From positions 1-46,312 of IMG/VR virus record IMGVR_UViG_3300024309_000080: a stretch of DNA of 46,312 nucleotides, one strand, 5' to 3'. This DNA is from a virus (lineage: Duplodnaviria; Caudoviricetes). Made by a program: the position numbers and the translations under genes. The notes below the pieces were generated by a model that was given only the letters and a program-made list of their open reading frames with translations, was not told the origin of the DNA and ran no database searches. This document shows, in pieces, positions 1-8,833 of this stretch (position 1 is its first letter; every line of letters begins with the position of its first letter).

Positions 1-381
1 ATGCCCACGTTCCATGTCGGCCAGAAGGTCGTCTGCATCAACGACCGCTTCAAGAACGTCTCGATCGACCAGGGTATCCGCAAGGGCCAGGTCTATACGG
101 TCCGCTGGGCGGGCCACTACCGGCACTATGTCGACGGCGATTTCTACGGCATCAAGCTGATGGAGCTCCATCGCGGCATGGATGACGGCCCGGAAGGCTA
201 CGGCGCCGTCGACATGCCCTTCCGCGCCAGCCGCTTCCGCCCGCTCGTCTCCGACCGCATCCGCACCATGCTCGGCATGAAGGCGCCGAAGCCGAAGGTC
301 GTCGCCAAGCCGTCCATCGTCCCCGCCGTGCGCACCAAGCCGCGCGTCACCACGCCCGAGCGCGAGACGGAAGAGGTCTGA
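1..381 (+). CDS. hypothetical protein (host flank, outside att)
   Basis: 126-aa ORF with GC3-rich codons; stops 17 bp before the att duplication; no family recognised. Confidence 0.75.
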   Translation: MPTFHVGQKVVCINDRFKNVSIDQGIRKGQVYTVRWAGHYRHYVDGDFYGIKLMELHRGMDDGPEGYGAVDMPFRASRFRPLVSDRIRTMLGMKAPKPKVVAKPSIVPAVRTKPRVTTPERETEEV

Positions 382-398
382 TCGCCATTTCAAGGAAA

Positions 399-447
399 TG
401 GTGATCCCGACAGGATTCGAACCTGTGACCCCCAGATTAGGAATCTG
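399..447 (-). repeat. att site: displaced 3' half of tRNA-Arg (anticodon arm to CCA)
   Basis: matches 45837-45885 at 43/49 positions; identical 21-bp core GACCCCCAGATTAGGAATCTG at 427-447 and 45865-45885. Confidence 0.95.
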
Positions 448-473
448 TGCCTAAGTCTTGATCTTATTCCTAG

Positions 474-518
474 GCGTTCCTCACCAAACGGCGTTCCCGG
501 GGTATCTTCGGGAACGCC
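474..518. promoter_or_regulatory. putative integrase arm-type binding sites (GGAACGC)
   Basis: GCGTTCC at 474-480 and 491-497, GGAACGC at 511-517; the same motif repeats just inside the other att site. Confidence 0.6.
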
Positions 519-919
519 TATTCGGAGCGAGACACCAGCGCGACACAGGCGATGTCCGCCGTCGAGTAGGCATTGGACGCATGCGTGTTCCGGAACCGCA
601 CCTTCACCGTATCAGCCGCAGATACCCAGGACGACAGCACCGCGATATTCGCCGGCGGCTCCATGTTGAAGACGACGTGATCGCCGGTCGCGGCTCCAGG
701 CACAGCGATGGTCGCGTCGGCTTCCGCGCCTGCGCTGATGTTGGGGATCGTGATGTCGTCGGAGAACCGATAGTGGTGGGTGATCCGCGCGCCGGTGGGC
801 CGGACCTTGGAGAACGGCACCTTCTTGTCGGGGTTACTCGGTTCGCTGGCGTCTCGAACATAGAAGAGGTCGCCGTCGGCGAGCTCGTCGATCTCGTCCT
901 TCTCGGTGATCTTTGTCAT
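518..919 (-). CDS. hypothetical protein, possibly virion-associated beta-rich domain
   Basis: 133 aa, ATGA-coupled to the upstream gene; last gene of the lysis operon. Confidence 0.7.
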   Translation of the reverse strand: MTKITEKDEIDELADGDLFYVRDASEPSNPDKKVPFSKVRPTGARITHHYRFSDDITIPNISAGAEADATIAVPGAATGDHVVFNMEPPANIAVLSSWVSAADTVKVRFRNTHASNAYSTADIACVALVSRSE

Positions 920-1236
920 CGCATGTCTCCCCGCTTCGCTTCGAGTGCGGCCAGCGATCGGATAATCGCCTTCTGATCGTCTCGCATTTCCTTCAACGTG
1001 TCGTCGGTCCGCTTCATGTGGCTATCGAGATCGACGCGGCGGACGTAGCCGTTTGCCATGTCGTCGCGGACTCGGTTGATCCGTTCGTGGAGCTGGTCAT
1101 CGCCGGTCTTGATCTGGCCGACGATGACATCGAGGCGGTTGTTGACGGCCCTTAGCGCGGCGACGGCGATACCGGCGATGGAGAAGACAACACCGATTGC
1201 CGTGCCGAAAAGCCACTGGAGATCGCCGACGGTCAT
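916..1236 (-). CDS. holin-like membrane protein (one N-terminal TM plus coiled coil)
   Basis: WLFGTAIGVVFSIAGIAVAAL hydrophobic helix; lies in the lysis cassette; start trimmed to MTVGDL (GGAGG upstream). Confidence 0.55.
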   Translation of the reverse strand: MTVGDLQWLFGTAIGVVFSIAGIAVAALRAVNNRLDVIVGQIKTGDDQLHERINRVRDDMANGYVRRVDLDSHMKRTDDTLKEMRDDQKAIIRSLAALEAKRGDMR

Positions 1237-1454
1237 CGTGCAGCCTCCCCATGCGCACCGCATTCCGCCTTGCTCCAGACGCCGCCAGCGCAGAGGCCCA
1301 CAACGGTGCGGTCGATCTTGCGCTGGTCCGCCGGCGTCGCGCCGCGCGCGCCGATGAGATCAGTTCCCACGACGCGGCGAAGACCGGACACATCGGCTGG
1401 ATGCGAAGTCCCACATGCCGTCAGGGCAAAGATCATAAGAGCTGCGAGCGTCAT
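1233..1454 (-). CDS. o-spanin (Rz1-like) lipoprotein
   Basis: lipobox LTAC after a hydrophobic leader; overlaps the i-spanin-like gene in another frame. Confidence 0.7.
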   Translation of the reverse strand: MTLAALMIFALTACGTSHPADVSGLRRVVGTDLIGARGATPADQRKIDRTVVGLCAGGVWSKAECGAHGEAAR

Positions 1455-1596
1455 CAGCCGTGCTGCCTGCTGCATTGTTCTGCCTTTCGATTGCGGTGCG
1501 GACGGAGTCTGCGCCGTCCTTTCGGATGAGGAAGACGAGCGCGAGGACCGCGAAGCAGACCATCAGAGCAAGGACGATCCGGGGCGCCGAGAACAT
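1360..1596 (-). CDS. i-spanin (Rz-like)
   Basis: MFSAPRIVLALMVCFAVLALVFLI TM, then helical periplasmic part with C-terminal cysteines; TGATG-coupled to the endolysin. Confidence 0.65.
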   Translation of the reverse strand: MFSAPRIVLALMVCFAVLALVFLIRKDGADSVRTAIERQNNAAGSTADDARSSYDLCPDGMWDFASSRCVRSSPRRGN

Positions 1597-2441
1597 CAGC
1601 CTGCCTCCCGGACACGGTGCACGAAGTAGTAGATCCCGATCCCGACGCCCGCCACGATTCCGGCGGCGAGCGCCCACTGGACGGGACCGGAGCCGGCGAA
1701 GAGCGCGCCACCGGCAGACAGGATACCGCCGAGCGGCCCCCACGCTTCCGGCTTCTTCAGTATCTCGCCGAGGCCGGTATCGCGGCTGTCCGCCTTCGCC
1801 TCGGCTTCAGCCGGCGCAGCGGTCTTCGCGACGGTCCCGCCGCTGGCATCGGCAGCGAGGCGCAACGCGTTTCCGACGACGCCGGACTGGTCCTTCCACT
1901 GGCCCTTGGGGTCCTTGCCGGTGATGCGGATCGTCCAGCCGCGGCCGTTCTTCGGAAAGCCCGTCTTCGCGTTGGTCAGGGATCGCAGGAACGCCATGTA
2001 GGCATCGCTATAGGCGCGGATGAGCGACGAGATGCCGCCGGGATAGCGCCGCACCGCCGCGAGCGTCTGTTCGCCGACGTGGCCGTCTTCGCGGACGCCG
2101 ATGACACGCTGCAGGATCTTGACCGCACGCGTGGGCCCGGACATCACGCCGTTGTTGAACACGAAGTAGTCGAGCCCTGGCGGAAGAACGTCGCCGCCGG
2201 CCTGCGACCAGTAGGAGCGGCGATAGATATCCTCCGCCTCCCGCAGGCTCATCCCGCGGACGTCGGCCGCCGTCACGGTCTTGACGCCGCGATGGGCCGC
2301 CAGCGTCGCGCCGGTGATGCCGTATTTCGTGCCGACAAGCACGCCGTTCAGGTAGTTGCCGCGATCTGTCTTCGCGTTCGAGTATGCGCCCTCATGCCCG
2401 AAGGTCAGATCGAGAGCGATAGGAAGGGTTTCGCGTGCCAT
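1596..2441 (-). CDS. endolysin, glycoside hydrolase family 108, with C-terminal membrane segments
   Basis: HEGAYSN..DRG..GTKYGIT, IYRRSYW, LPPGLDY and DGHVGEQTL motifs; hydrophobic C-terminus. Confidence 0.88.
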   Translation of the reverse strand: MARETLPIALDLTFGHEGAYSNAKTDRGNYLNGVLVGTKYGITGATLAAHRGVKTVTAADVRGMSLREAEDIYRRSYWSQAGGDVLPPGLDYFVFNNGVMSGPTRAVKILQRVIGVREDGHVGEQTLAAVRRYPGGISSLIRAYSDAYMAFLRSLTNAKTGFPKNGRGWTIRITGKDPKGQWKDQSGVVGNALRLAADASGGTVAKTAAPAEAEAKADSRDTGLGEILKKPEAWGPLGGILSAGGALFAGSGPVQWALAAGIVAGVGIGIYYFVHRVREAG

Positions 2442-2489
2442 GGTGCGCCTCTTTGGTTGAGGCGATAATCGGCATCAGGGGGAGACGGC

Positions 2490-2500
2490 GCAAAGCACAG
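2490..2500 (-). promoter_or_regulatory. phage promoter motif CTGTGCTTTGC (lysis operon)
   Basis: TTGCGC-17 nt-GATTAT on the minus strand upstream of the endolysin. Confidence 0.75.
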
Positions 2501-2691
2501 GACGAACGTTGCCGCGCCATTCGGGATGGTGCGGTTCATGGTTATGTCCTTGGTTGATGGGGCTAGGCCGGTCGGGCGGATTGCCCGCCTAACCGCTTGC
2601 AGTGCAAGATGGACCGCTCACGGTGGGTACTGCGTAAGATCGTGAGGGGACCCGGTTGAGCGATACGAGGCGTTCCCGGGTCTCAATTGCG

Positions 2692-3210
2692 CTAAAGTCG
2701 CATCGCAAGTTTGGAAATGACGCGAGCGAAACGTCGCAAAGGCGTCAACTTTTCCGGTCCCACTCTGATTGCTCCGGAAGCAGAGAAAAAGAAATTGCCA
2801 GAGGAACTGAGGGAATCTGGGCGAAGTAGCTTTCCGTCTGGAGTAGCAAAAAACACTTCTGTTCGATCGAGGCCAACAGAAAGACCCGCTCTGACGGGAA
2901 CAAATGCGGTAAAATACTCGTCAGAGGAAATGTGGCCGAAATAGACAACGTCCCAAGGGGTTTCGTAGGAAACAACAAGGTGCTCTCCATCCTCACTCAC
3001 GGAGACCTTTGAAACACCTATTGACTTGTGGCGGGCATCGACCTGTACCCACCCATGTTCCGTGTGCCGCAAGACCGCGGCCGCCTCGACTTTCCGCCAC
3101 CCATCAGAAGGATGAATACCTTCTGAAACAATTACCGCCGTCGAAAGCATCAGCGCGAGCGCGGCGACCGCGAACAAAACCGCGCCCGCTATTAGCCTCC
3201 ATACCTTCAC
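2692..3210 (-). CDS. membrane-anchored protein paralogous to the C-terminal domain of the adjacent fibre protein
   Basis: N-terminal TM or signal helix; shares DAxH..GV, DExF, SVGL and GNF motifs with 3207..4319. Confidence 0.8.
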   Translation of the reverse strand: MKVWRLIAGAVLFAVAALALMLSTAVIVSEGIHPSDGWRKVEAAAVLRHTEHGWVQVDARHKSIGVSKVSVSEDGEHLVVSYETPWDVVYFGHISSDEYFTAFVPVRAGLSVGLDRTEVFFATPDGKLLRPDSLSSSGNFFFSASGAIRVGPEKLTPLRRFARVISKLAMRL

Positions 3211-4319
3211 GAAATCATCGTCCCCATAACCCAGAAGTTTCCGCCGACGGTCACGGTGTTTGGATCGACCAGCGTGCCGGAACCATCCCGAATATAGACG
3301 TCCGAGAATGTCAACCCTACAGACGCGCCGACATGATAGACACCCGCAAAGGTTTCATCTGGTCCACACAGAAGAGCCGCAACCTTCGAGGCCGTGAAGT
3401 CATAAGTTATACGTAACGCAAACCCGCCCGATACAGCAACTCGAGAAATCGAGGTAACTCCTACTGGCTGGTGGTTCGCGTCACTGATAAATTCCCAAGC
3501 GCTGCCAGTGTATCGGATAGCGCAGGCAACGGCTCGTAACGTCGTACTGGAAAGTGGGGATCCTGCGCTTCCGATTGCGTCATCTATCCAGCCATATGTG
3601 CGTAGGCTAAATGTCGGCGAACCCGCCACACTCGTTGCACGATGGGCTATTCGTCGGAAGACGTCGGTGCGCAACATAAAGTGCCCAGCGTCCGCCTGCC
3701 CTCCAGCAGCAGAAAGAGAGGCTTCAGCCGCGTTGAGCGATAGAAGCATCCCACCATCCCCAAAAACCAGATTGGTCGTAGTGTTGCCGTTTGAAAGCCG
3801 CGCCCTGACTAGCGCCACAGTCCCAGGTGGGGCAGTCAATATGGCGGACGCGGTTGCGAGGGAGCACGGGACCGCCGCACCATCATTAGCAGATGCCCCT
3901 TGGCGCACGAACCTGTTGCCGCTTTGCTGTAGTGCTACAAAAGCACCGTTCTCCCGTAGGACTGCGCCACAATAATGATACATGGAAAAACCGAAAGGAT
4001 AGTTTGGTTCTCCCGTCGGGTCGATCTTGCTCTCCGAAAAACCCCAATCGACAACCCCGCTGTCTGGATTTTCGATCAACCACGCATAGTAGAAACCATC
4101 CCCATATGAGGCAGTGAATCTACCGCCTTCGCCTGCGCCTGATTGCCAAGGCGCGTCAAATCGCTTGGCTGTGGGAAGCGCGAGGCTTATCAGCGCAGGA
4201 GTAACCCCGAGCGATGCCCCCTCACCGCTGCCCATAACGTAGCCATTCGCTGGATTAATCGGATCGTTCGCAAGCGTGAGTCCGTAGTGGTGGCCTGCCG
4301 GCACAAAATAATCAGGCAT
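3207..4319 (-). CDS. tail fibre-related or receptor-binding protein 2
   Basis: N-terminal roughly 245 aa align by eye with the C-terminal part of 4321..5610; start trimmed to MPDYF (GGAGG upstream). Confidence 0.75.
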   Translation of the reverse strand: MPDYFVPAGHHYGLTLANDPINPANGYVMGSGEGASLGVTPALISLALPTAKRFDAPWQSGAGEGGRFTASYGDGFYYAWLIENPDSGVVDWGFSESKIDPTGEPNYPFGFSMYHYCGAVLRENGAFVALQQSGNRFVRQGASANDGAAVPCSLATASAILTAPPGTVALVRARLSNGNTTTNLVFGDGGMLLSLNAAEASLSAAGGQADAGHFMLRTDVFRRIAHRATSVAGSPTFSLRTYGWIDDAIGSAGSPLSSTTLRAVACAIRYTGSAWEFISDANHQPVGVTSISRVAVSGGFALRITYDFTASKVAALLCGPDETFAGVYHVGASVGLTFSDVYIRDGSGTLVDPNTVTVGGNFWVMGTMIS

Positions 4320-4320
4320 T

Positions 4321-5610
4321 TCAACCCCTCCCGCGCGTGTCAATCCATCCGAACGAGGTGATAACAATATTCGACGCCCCAACCGTCCCTACACTCCGAT
4401 GCTTGATCTGGCCCGAGGCATTAACCCTAATGGCGAATTCACCGGCGGCGCCGCCGCCGGTGGATGCGGCGCTAATGGTTGCCTCATTTGGGTTCGCGGA
4501 AATATCCATACCAGAAATGATGACGCTGAATGATGCGCCGCTCGCCGGAGAGACACGGACACGGAAGAGGCCTATCATCTCAGGGGGGAGGGAAACCGTT
4601 GCTGTCTGCTGTGCCGTAGAGAGCGATGCTGCGCTAACATCAGGGATAGATGGAGTTATTTCGTAACGGTCTCCCGTCTGGACAAACGCGCAAATCGCGT
4701 TTGAATACCGAATAAAGCTTCCGACCCGTCTCTTTCTGTCATAATTCGCCGGCATCGTCGGACTTGTCTTCGACTTGGAGAAAAGCACGTCGACGACGCC
4801 CGTGTCCGACCGCTGGATGAGAAAGACATACCAGACGCCGTCAGAGATTGATCCGGTGTCACGACCTCCTGCATTCGTTCCGACCGACCATGTGGAATCC
4901 AACTGCTTTGTCATGGATGTTGCGAGTAGCATTAGCACGGGGGTGGTTTCCGTGCTCGCCGCCTCGCCAGCCGCAATGTCGATATCGTTAGTGGCGTCTG
5001 TCGCGTTGTTGGAAAGCGTCATGCCATAAATATGCCCCTTGAGTGCGGCGCTGATGTTGGACCTACCCTGCGCCTGCTGTGCCGCAGTGAAGGATTGCGC
5101 GGCAGCCGTATCAACGCGCGTTGCTACACTTGCGGCTGACGGAATGGTAACGGCCTTAAACCCCGACCCCGTGCAGATGAGGTAAGCCGCATCCCCATCC
5201 GCAACGACAAGGGTTGCCTCGCCGTTGATCGTCTCCGAGCTATCGGGGTCTATGGTGACGTCTCCACCATCAGCAATAACCGTCAGCGTCCAGTTCGCAC
5301 CGAGGGTCGTTGCAGCCGTGAGCGCCACGGTGATCTCTGCCGAGCAGCGGTGGATGGCGCCGGCGTCCGTCTTTGCCGCCGTATAGCCCGCCGACTTACT
5401 AGCGTAGACCGAAACGCCCGCCTTGCCGTCCAGCTCTTCCGCCAGTTCGGCAACCACCGACTCCCTCGCCAATGGCGTACCGCCGGGCGTCGAGCCGTCA
5501 TGCACGACGGCAACCTTCTTGTCGGTGTCGACGGTGATTTCCCCCACAGCGCCCGCAAAGGTTTCATGTTGCGCCGTCGTGCCGCGACGATGTTGGACAG
5601 CCGTAGACAT
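4321..5610 (-). CDS. tail fibre or receptor-binding protein with Mtd-type N-terminal domain
   Basis: MSTAVQHRRGTTAQHETFAGAVGEITVDTDKKVAVVHDGSTPGG resembles the BPP-1 major tropism determinant N-terminus. Confidence 0.85.
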   Translation of the reverse strand: MSTAVQHRRGTTAQHETFAGAVGEITVDTDKKVAVVHDGSTPGGTPLARESVVAELAEELDGKAGVSVYASKSAGYTAAKTDAGAIHRCSAEITVALTAATTLGANWTLTVIADGGDVTIDPDSSETINGEATLVVADGDAAYLICTGSGFKAVTIPSAASVATRVDTAAAQSFTAAQQAQGRSNISAALKGHIYGMTLSNNATDATNDIDIAAGEAASTETTPVLMLLATSMTKQLDSTWSVGTNAGGRDTGSISDGVWYVFLIQRSDTGVVDVLFSKSKTSPTMPANYDRKRRVGSFIRYSNAICAFVQTGDRYEITPSIPDVSAASLSTAQQTATVSLPPEMIGLFRVRVSPASGASFSVIISGMDISANPNEATISAASTGGGAAGEFAIRVNASGQIKHRSVGTVGASNIVITSFGWIDTRGRG

Positions 5611-6362
5611 CAGATCGTGCCCCAGTCTTGGTCAAAGTAAGTGATTGGATCGGCGACGGAGCCGAAGTCGTAGATCATTCCGTCGATGAAGCCCGCGAAC
5701 CCCGCTGTGGCGGCGATCACCAGAGCCTCAGCAGCATCGGAGGCTATGGCGGCATCTTCGGCCGATTCCGCAGAACTCGCCGCAGATACGGCGGACGCCG
5801 CAGCTGATGCCGCTGACGCGGTGGCGCTCGCATCCGACTGGGTCGCTGATGCAGCTGCCGCTTCTGCTGCGGCCTCAGCTGCTGCGAACACCGTCTCGGA
5901 ATTCGGGCCTTCACCGATGGCGCCATCCTTGATCGTCAGCAACGCGCCTTCAGCGATGCCGGGGAGGATCGTATAGCCTTCGTTGGGAGACGTGATCGGG
6001 AGCTTTACCGCGTGTCGGGCGTCGCGCGCGTTTTCCTGCGTCTGCGCCGTCAAAGTGTCGATGGCAAGGTTCTGCTGCCAGATCGGGAGAGGGGCTCCGT
6101 TTACGAACCGGCTACCACGGCGCGCCGCGCGCCTGCCGACGACAAGCACATCGCCGACCAGCCCGGATTCGAAGACCACAGCCGCATCATTCGAGATTCC
6201 ATCGACGTAGGACGCCGTCACCGTGAAGTCGGTGCGCTCGACGCCGCCGTGGATGACGACGAGATCATCATCATCGAACACAGGGAAGTCCGCCGCGAAC
6301 GTCGTTGTCGCGACGACGGGCGAATAGGAAGTGACGCGATCATCGGCAGTCGTGATGCTCAT
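5610..6362 (-). CDS. tail fibre adaptor (T7 gp17 N-terminal-like), Ala/Ser-rich stalk
   Basis: TTFAADFPVFDDDDLVV motif, SA-rich helix, C-terminal DFG/DWG motifs; start trimmed to MSITTA. Confidence 0.75.
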   Translation of the reverse strand: MSITTADDRVTSYSPVVATTTFAADFPVFDDDDLVVIHGGVERTDFTVTASYVDGISNDAAVVFESGLVGDVLVVGRRAARRGSRFVNGAPLPIWQQNLAIDTLTAQTQENARDARHAVKLPITSPNEGYTILPGIAEGALLTIKDGAIGEGPNSETVFAAAEAAAEAAAASATQSDASATASAASAAASAVSAASSAESAEDAAIASDAAEALVIAATAGFAGFIDGMIYDFGSVADPITYFDQDWGTI

Positions 6363-6394
6363 GACGCGGAGGATGCCGGGATGCGGCACCCCTC

Positions 6395-6405
6395 GCAAAG
6401 CACAG
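6395..6405 (-). promoter_or_regulatory. phage promoter motif, predicted leaderless transcript
   Basis: TTGCGA-17 nt-CATCCT-7 nt-ATG(6362); no SD. Confidence 0.75.
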
Positions 6406-6406
6406 G

Positions 6407-8833
6407 CTATTGGCCGAATGCGTTCCCGAAGTCCGGCGCGCGCTCCGGAGTAAGCTCGCCCGGCCGCCACCAGAAGGTTTGACCGAAGTCCTTCTTCATC
6501 CGACGCTCGTGGCGCGAGAAGGACTTCCGGTAATCAGGATCAACCATCGCCTGAATATTGTCGAAGATCAGCCGGTCCGTCGCGCTCTTCGTGTACCAGA
6601 GCGACGATCCGGGCGTCCAACCCTTGATGTGCTGCGCCAGCGTCTTGCCGTTCACGTCCTTGGTGCCGGCGAGCCATTGCGCGACGTCGCCAGTCGCGCC
6701 GATGACGGCGCCAGGCGCGGGACCGCTCAATAGCTGCGTGATGCCTTCGCCGCCGCGCGAGACCGAGGAATAGACGAAGTCGCCGAGCATCCCGAGGCCG
6801 CCGCCACGGATCGCCGCCTCAACCCAAAAGCGCCCGGTCGCCATGTCGTTCGGATCTCGTCCGGCGATCAGTGACTGCATCTGAACCATCGCCGCCCCGC
6901 CCATGGTCATCAGGAGGAATAGCTGCGTGGTTCGGTATGCTCGGTTCGCCATGTCGCCTTGCGTCATCGCGCGCATCAAGTGCGTCATCATGAAGGTCAT
7001 CGGGAACGATTTGAACTGGACGGCGGATCGGACCGCCTCGCCGATCACCGTGCCGCGCTGGAGTCCCGCCGTCATCGCGCCGCGAATACGGGCGTCGGGC
7101 TCGATCACCGCAAAATGCCGCTCGTCGATGATCGCCGACATCAACCGATCCGCGAGCCGCTCATCCTCGACGGCATTCACATCGAAGAACCGGGCGCCAT
7201 CGGCTTCCAGATGCGGCGCAGCGCGCAGCTTGTCCCAATCCTGCGGTGTGAAGCCGTACCGCTCCAGGAAGCCGCGAAACATGGGGTCCAACGCCTCGAA
7301 CTGCTTTTCGGACTGCCGCGCGATGTGCCCCATGAACTCCATCGAGAACGCGCGCTTCAAGCCCTCCGTCCACACGTTGATACCGGAGAGCCGCATCAGG
7401 GCGTCAGCGGTGCGCCCGGTGATGCCTTGGCCGATGACGTCATCGTCAAATCGCTTCGTGCCGATTGCCGTATCCAGCACCGACGCTGCAGTCAGGTTGA
7501 GTTGCCGCGCGATCTCTTCCGCGCCTTCGCGATTCACGGCGAGGTCGCTGACGAGGCGCGAGATGACCGCCGAAGCCGGGATGCCGTTGAAGTTTGCGGC
7601 GAGGGCAGCGGTCACGGTGTCGCCCGGGAGCGCGGCAATCGTCGCAGAGCCAAGGCGCGCCGCCGTCTGGAGGTTGCGCATGCCGCCGCCGATGCCGGCG
7701 ATAAGGTCGGATTGTGCGATGCCGAGCTTTCCGGAAAGTGCGTCATAGGTGCGTTGCACCGCCGCCGGGCTGTTCATCGTGATCCGGTTCGCGACCCGTT
7801 GTCCGGTCGAACTCGCCGCGTCGCTATCGCGTGCCGCCGCAATCAGCTTCTCGAAATTCTCCTGATAGCGCGGCCCAAGAACTTCGACGAAAGCGATCTC
7901 CTTTCCCATGCCCTGGATGTGGCCCATCAGGGTATTGAAGAGGCCGCCGTCGCCAGCGCCGTATTTCTTCATCAGCCGCTTGTATGTTTCGGGCTTCTCG
8001 AAGCGGAAGACGCGGAGCTGGTTGGAGAAGCCCCCGGCGCCGGTGCCTTGCCCCTTGCCGAGCGTGATATCCTTGAATGCGTTCTGGATGATGCCGGGCA
8101 CCGCCGCGCGCGGTGCGTCGCCCCACCCCTCCTTGTCGATAACCCGCAGGTTTCCGGCCTCGTATTCGCTCCAGAGGTCATCGAGAAAGGCACGCTCACC
8201 GAACTTTTTCACGCGAGCGGAATCCCACGACTGCGGGAGACGCCAATCATCGAGGACGGAAAGCGGCTTGCCACCACGCTTCACACGCTCGACGGCATAC
8301 TTCGTTGCGTCGGAGAACCCTTTCGCCGCCGCCTTCGCCGCCGTGTCCCCGGTATCGACCCCATAGAGCTCGTCGACGACGTTCCAGATCGTCTCCGTAT
8401 CCTGTCGGAACCCGGCCATGGTCGACTGATACGGAGCCATCGCGCCATCGATCATTTTCAGCAGGCGCTTCGTTACCCCTTCGGCATGGCTCTCGATGTT
8501 GATGGCATCGCCCATCGCCGCGCCGCCGTCCCAGTTGTCACGAACAAGAACGGAATGCAGTCCGGCCGCCATCCCCTTCGGGTGGCGCATCATTCGGTCC
8601 CTGACTTCGGTTTGCCGGATCGCCTGCTTCGCCGCCATGAGTTTTCGCTCCTGCGCCGCCTGCATCATGACGCGGGCCGCCTCAAGCGCGCTGGCGGCCT
8701 CGGCGGATGCCGGCCCCATGTTCGGATAAAGCCGCTCCTGGATACCCTCATGCAGAGCGAGGGCATCGTCGGCCTGCTTCTGGGTGATGCGCTTCGCCGT
8801 AACAAGCCGGGCAAGGCAATTCTGGATGCTCAT
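6407..8833 (-). CDS. internal virion (ejection) protein
   Basis: 808 aa, helical; QFKSFP and GGGLGMLGD motifs typical of podovirus core proteins; synteny. Confidence 0.75.
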   Translation of the reverse strand: MSIQNCLARLVTAKRITQKQADDALALHEGIQERLYPNMGPASAEAASALEAARVMMQAAQERKLMAAKQAIRQTEVRDRMMRHPKGMAAGLHSVLVRDNWDGGAAMGDAINIESHAEGVTKRLLKMIDGAMAPYQSTMAGFRQDTETIWNVVDELYGVDTGDTAAKAAAKGFSDATKYAVERVKRGGKPLSVLDDWRLPQSWDSARVKKFGERAFLDDLWSEYEAGNLRVIDKEGWGDAPRAAVPGIIQNAFKDITLGKGQGTGAGGFSNQLRVFRFEKPETYKRLMKKYGAGDGGLFNTLMGHIQGMGKEIAFVEVLGPRYQENFEKLIAAARDSDAASSTGQRVANRITMNSPAAVQRTYDALSGKLGIAQSDLIAGIGGGMRNLQTAARLGSATIAALPGDTVTAALAANFNGIPASAVISRLVSDLAVNREGAEEIARQLNLTAASVLDTAIGTKRFDDDVIGQGITGRTADALMRLSGINVWTEGLKRAFSMEFMGHIARQSEKQFEALDPMFRGFLERYGFTPQDWDKLRAAPHLEADGARFFDVNAVEDERLADRLMSAIIDERHFAVIEPDARIRGAMTAGLQRGTVIGEAVRSAVQFKSFPMTFMMTHLMRAMTQGDMANRAYRTTQLFLLMTMGGAAMVQMQSLIAGRDPNDMATGRFWVEAAIRGGGLGMLGDFVYSSVSRGGEGITQLLSGPAPGAVIGATGDVAQWLAGTKDVNGKTLAQHIKGWTPGSSLWYTKSATDRLIFDNIQAMVDPDYRKSFSRHERRMKKDFGQTFWWRPGELTPERAPDFGNAFGQ

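Noticed and set aside
399-447. Second functional tRNA
   Set aside because: Lacks the 5' acceptor strand and D arm; it is the att remnant
2490-2500. Sigma54 promoter reading of the TTGC motif
   Set aside because: No GG at the -24 position with correct spacing; the downstream -10-like hexamers fit sigma70 geometry better
2692-5610. Diversity-generating retroelement, suggested by the Mtd-like N-terminus
   Set aside because: No reverse transcriptase or Avd gene, and no TR/VR pair differing at adenines was seen; the paralogy is at protein level only
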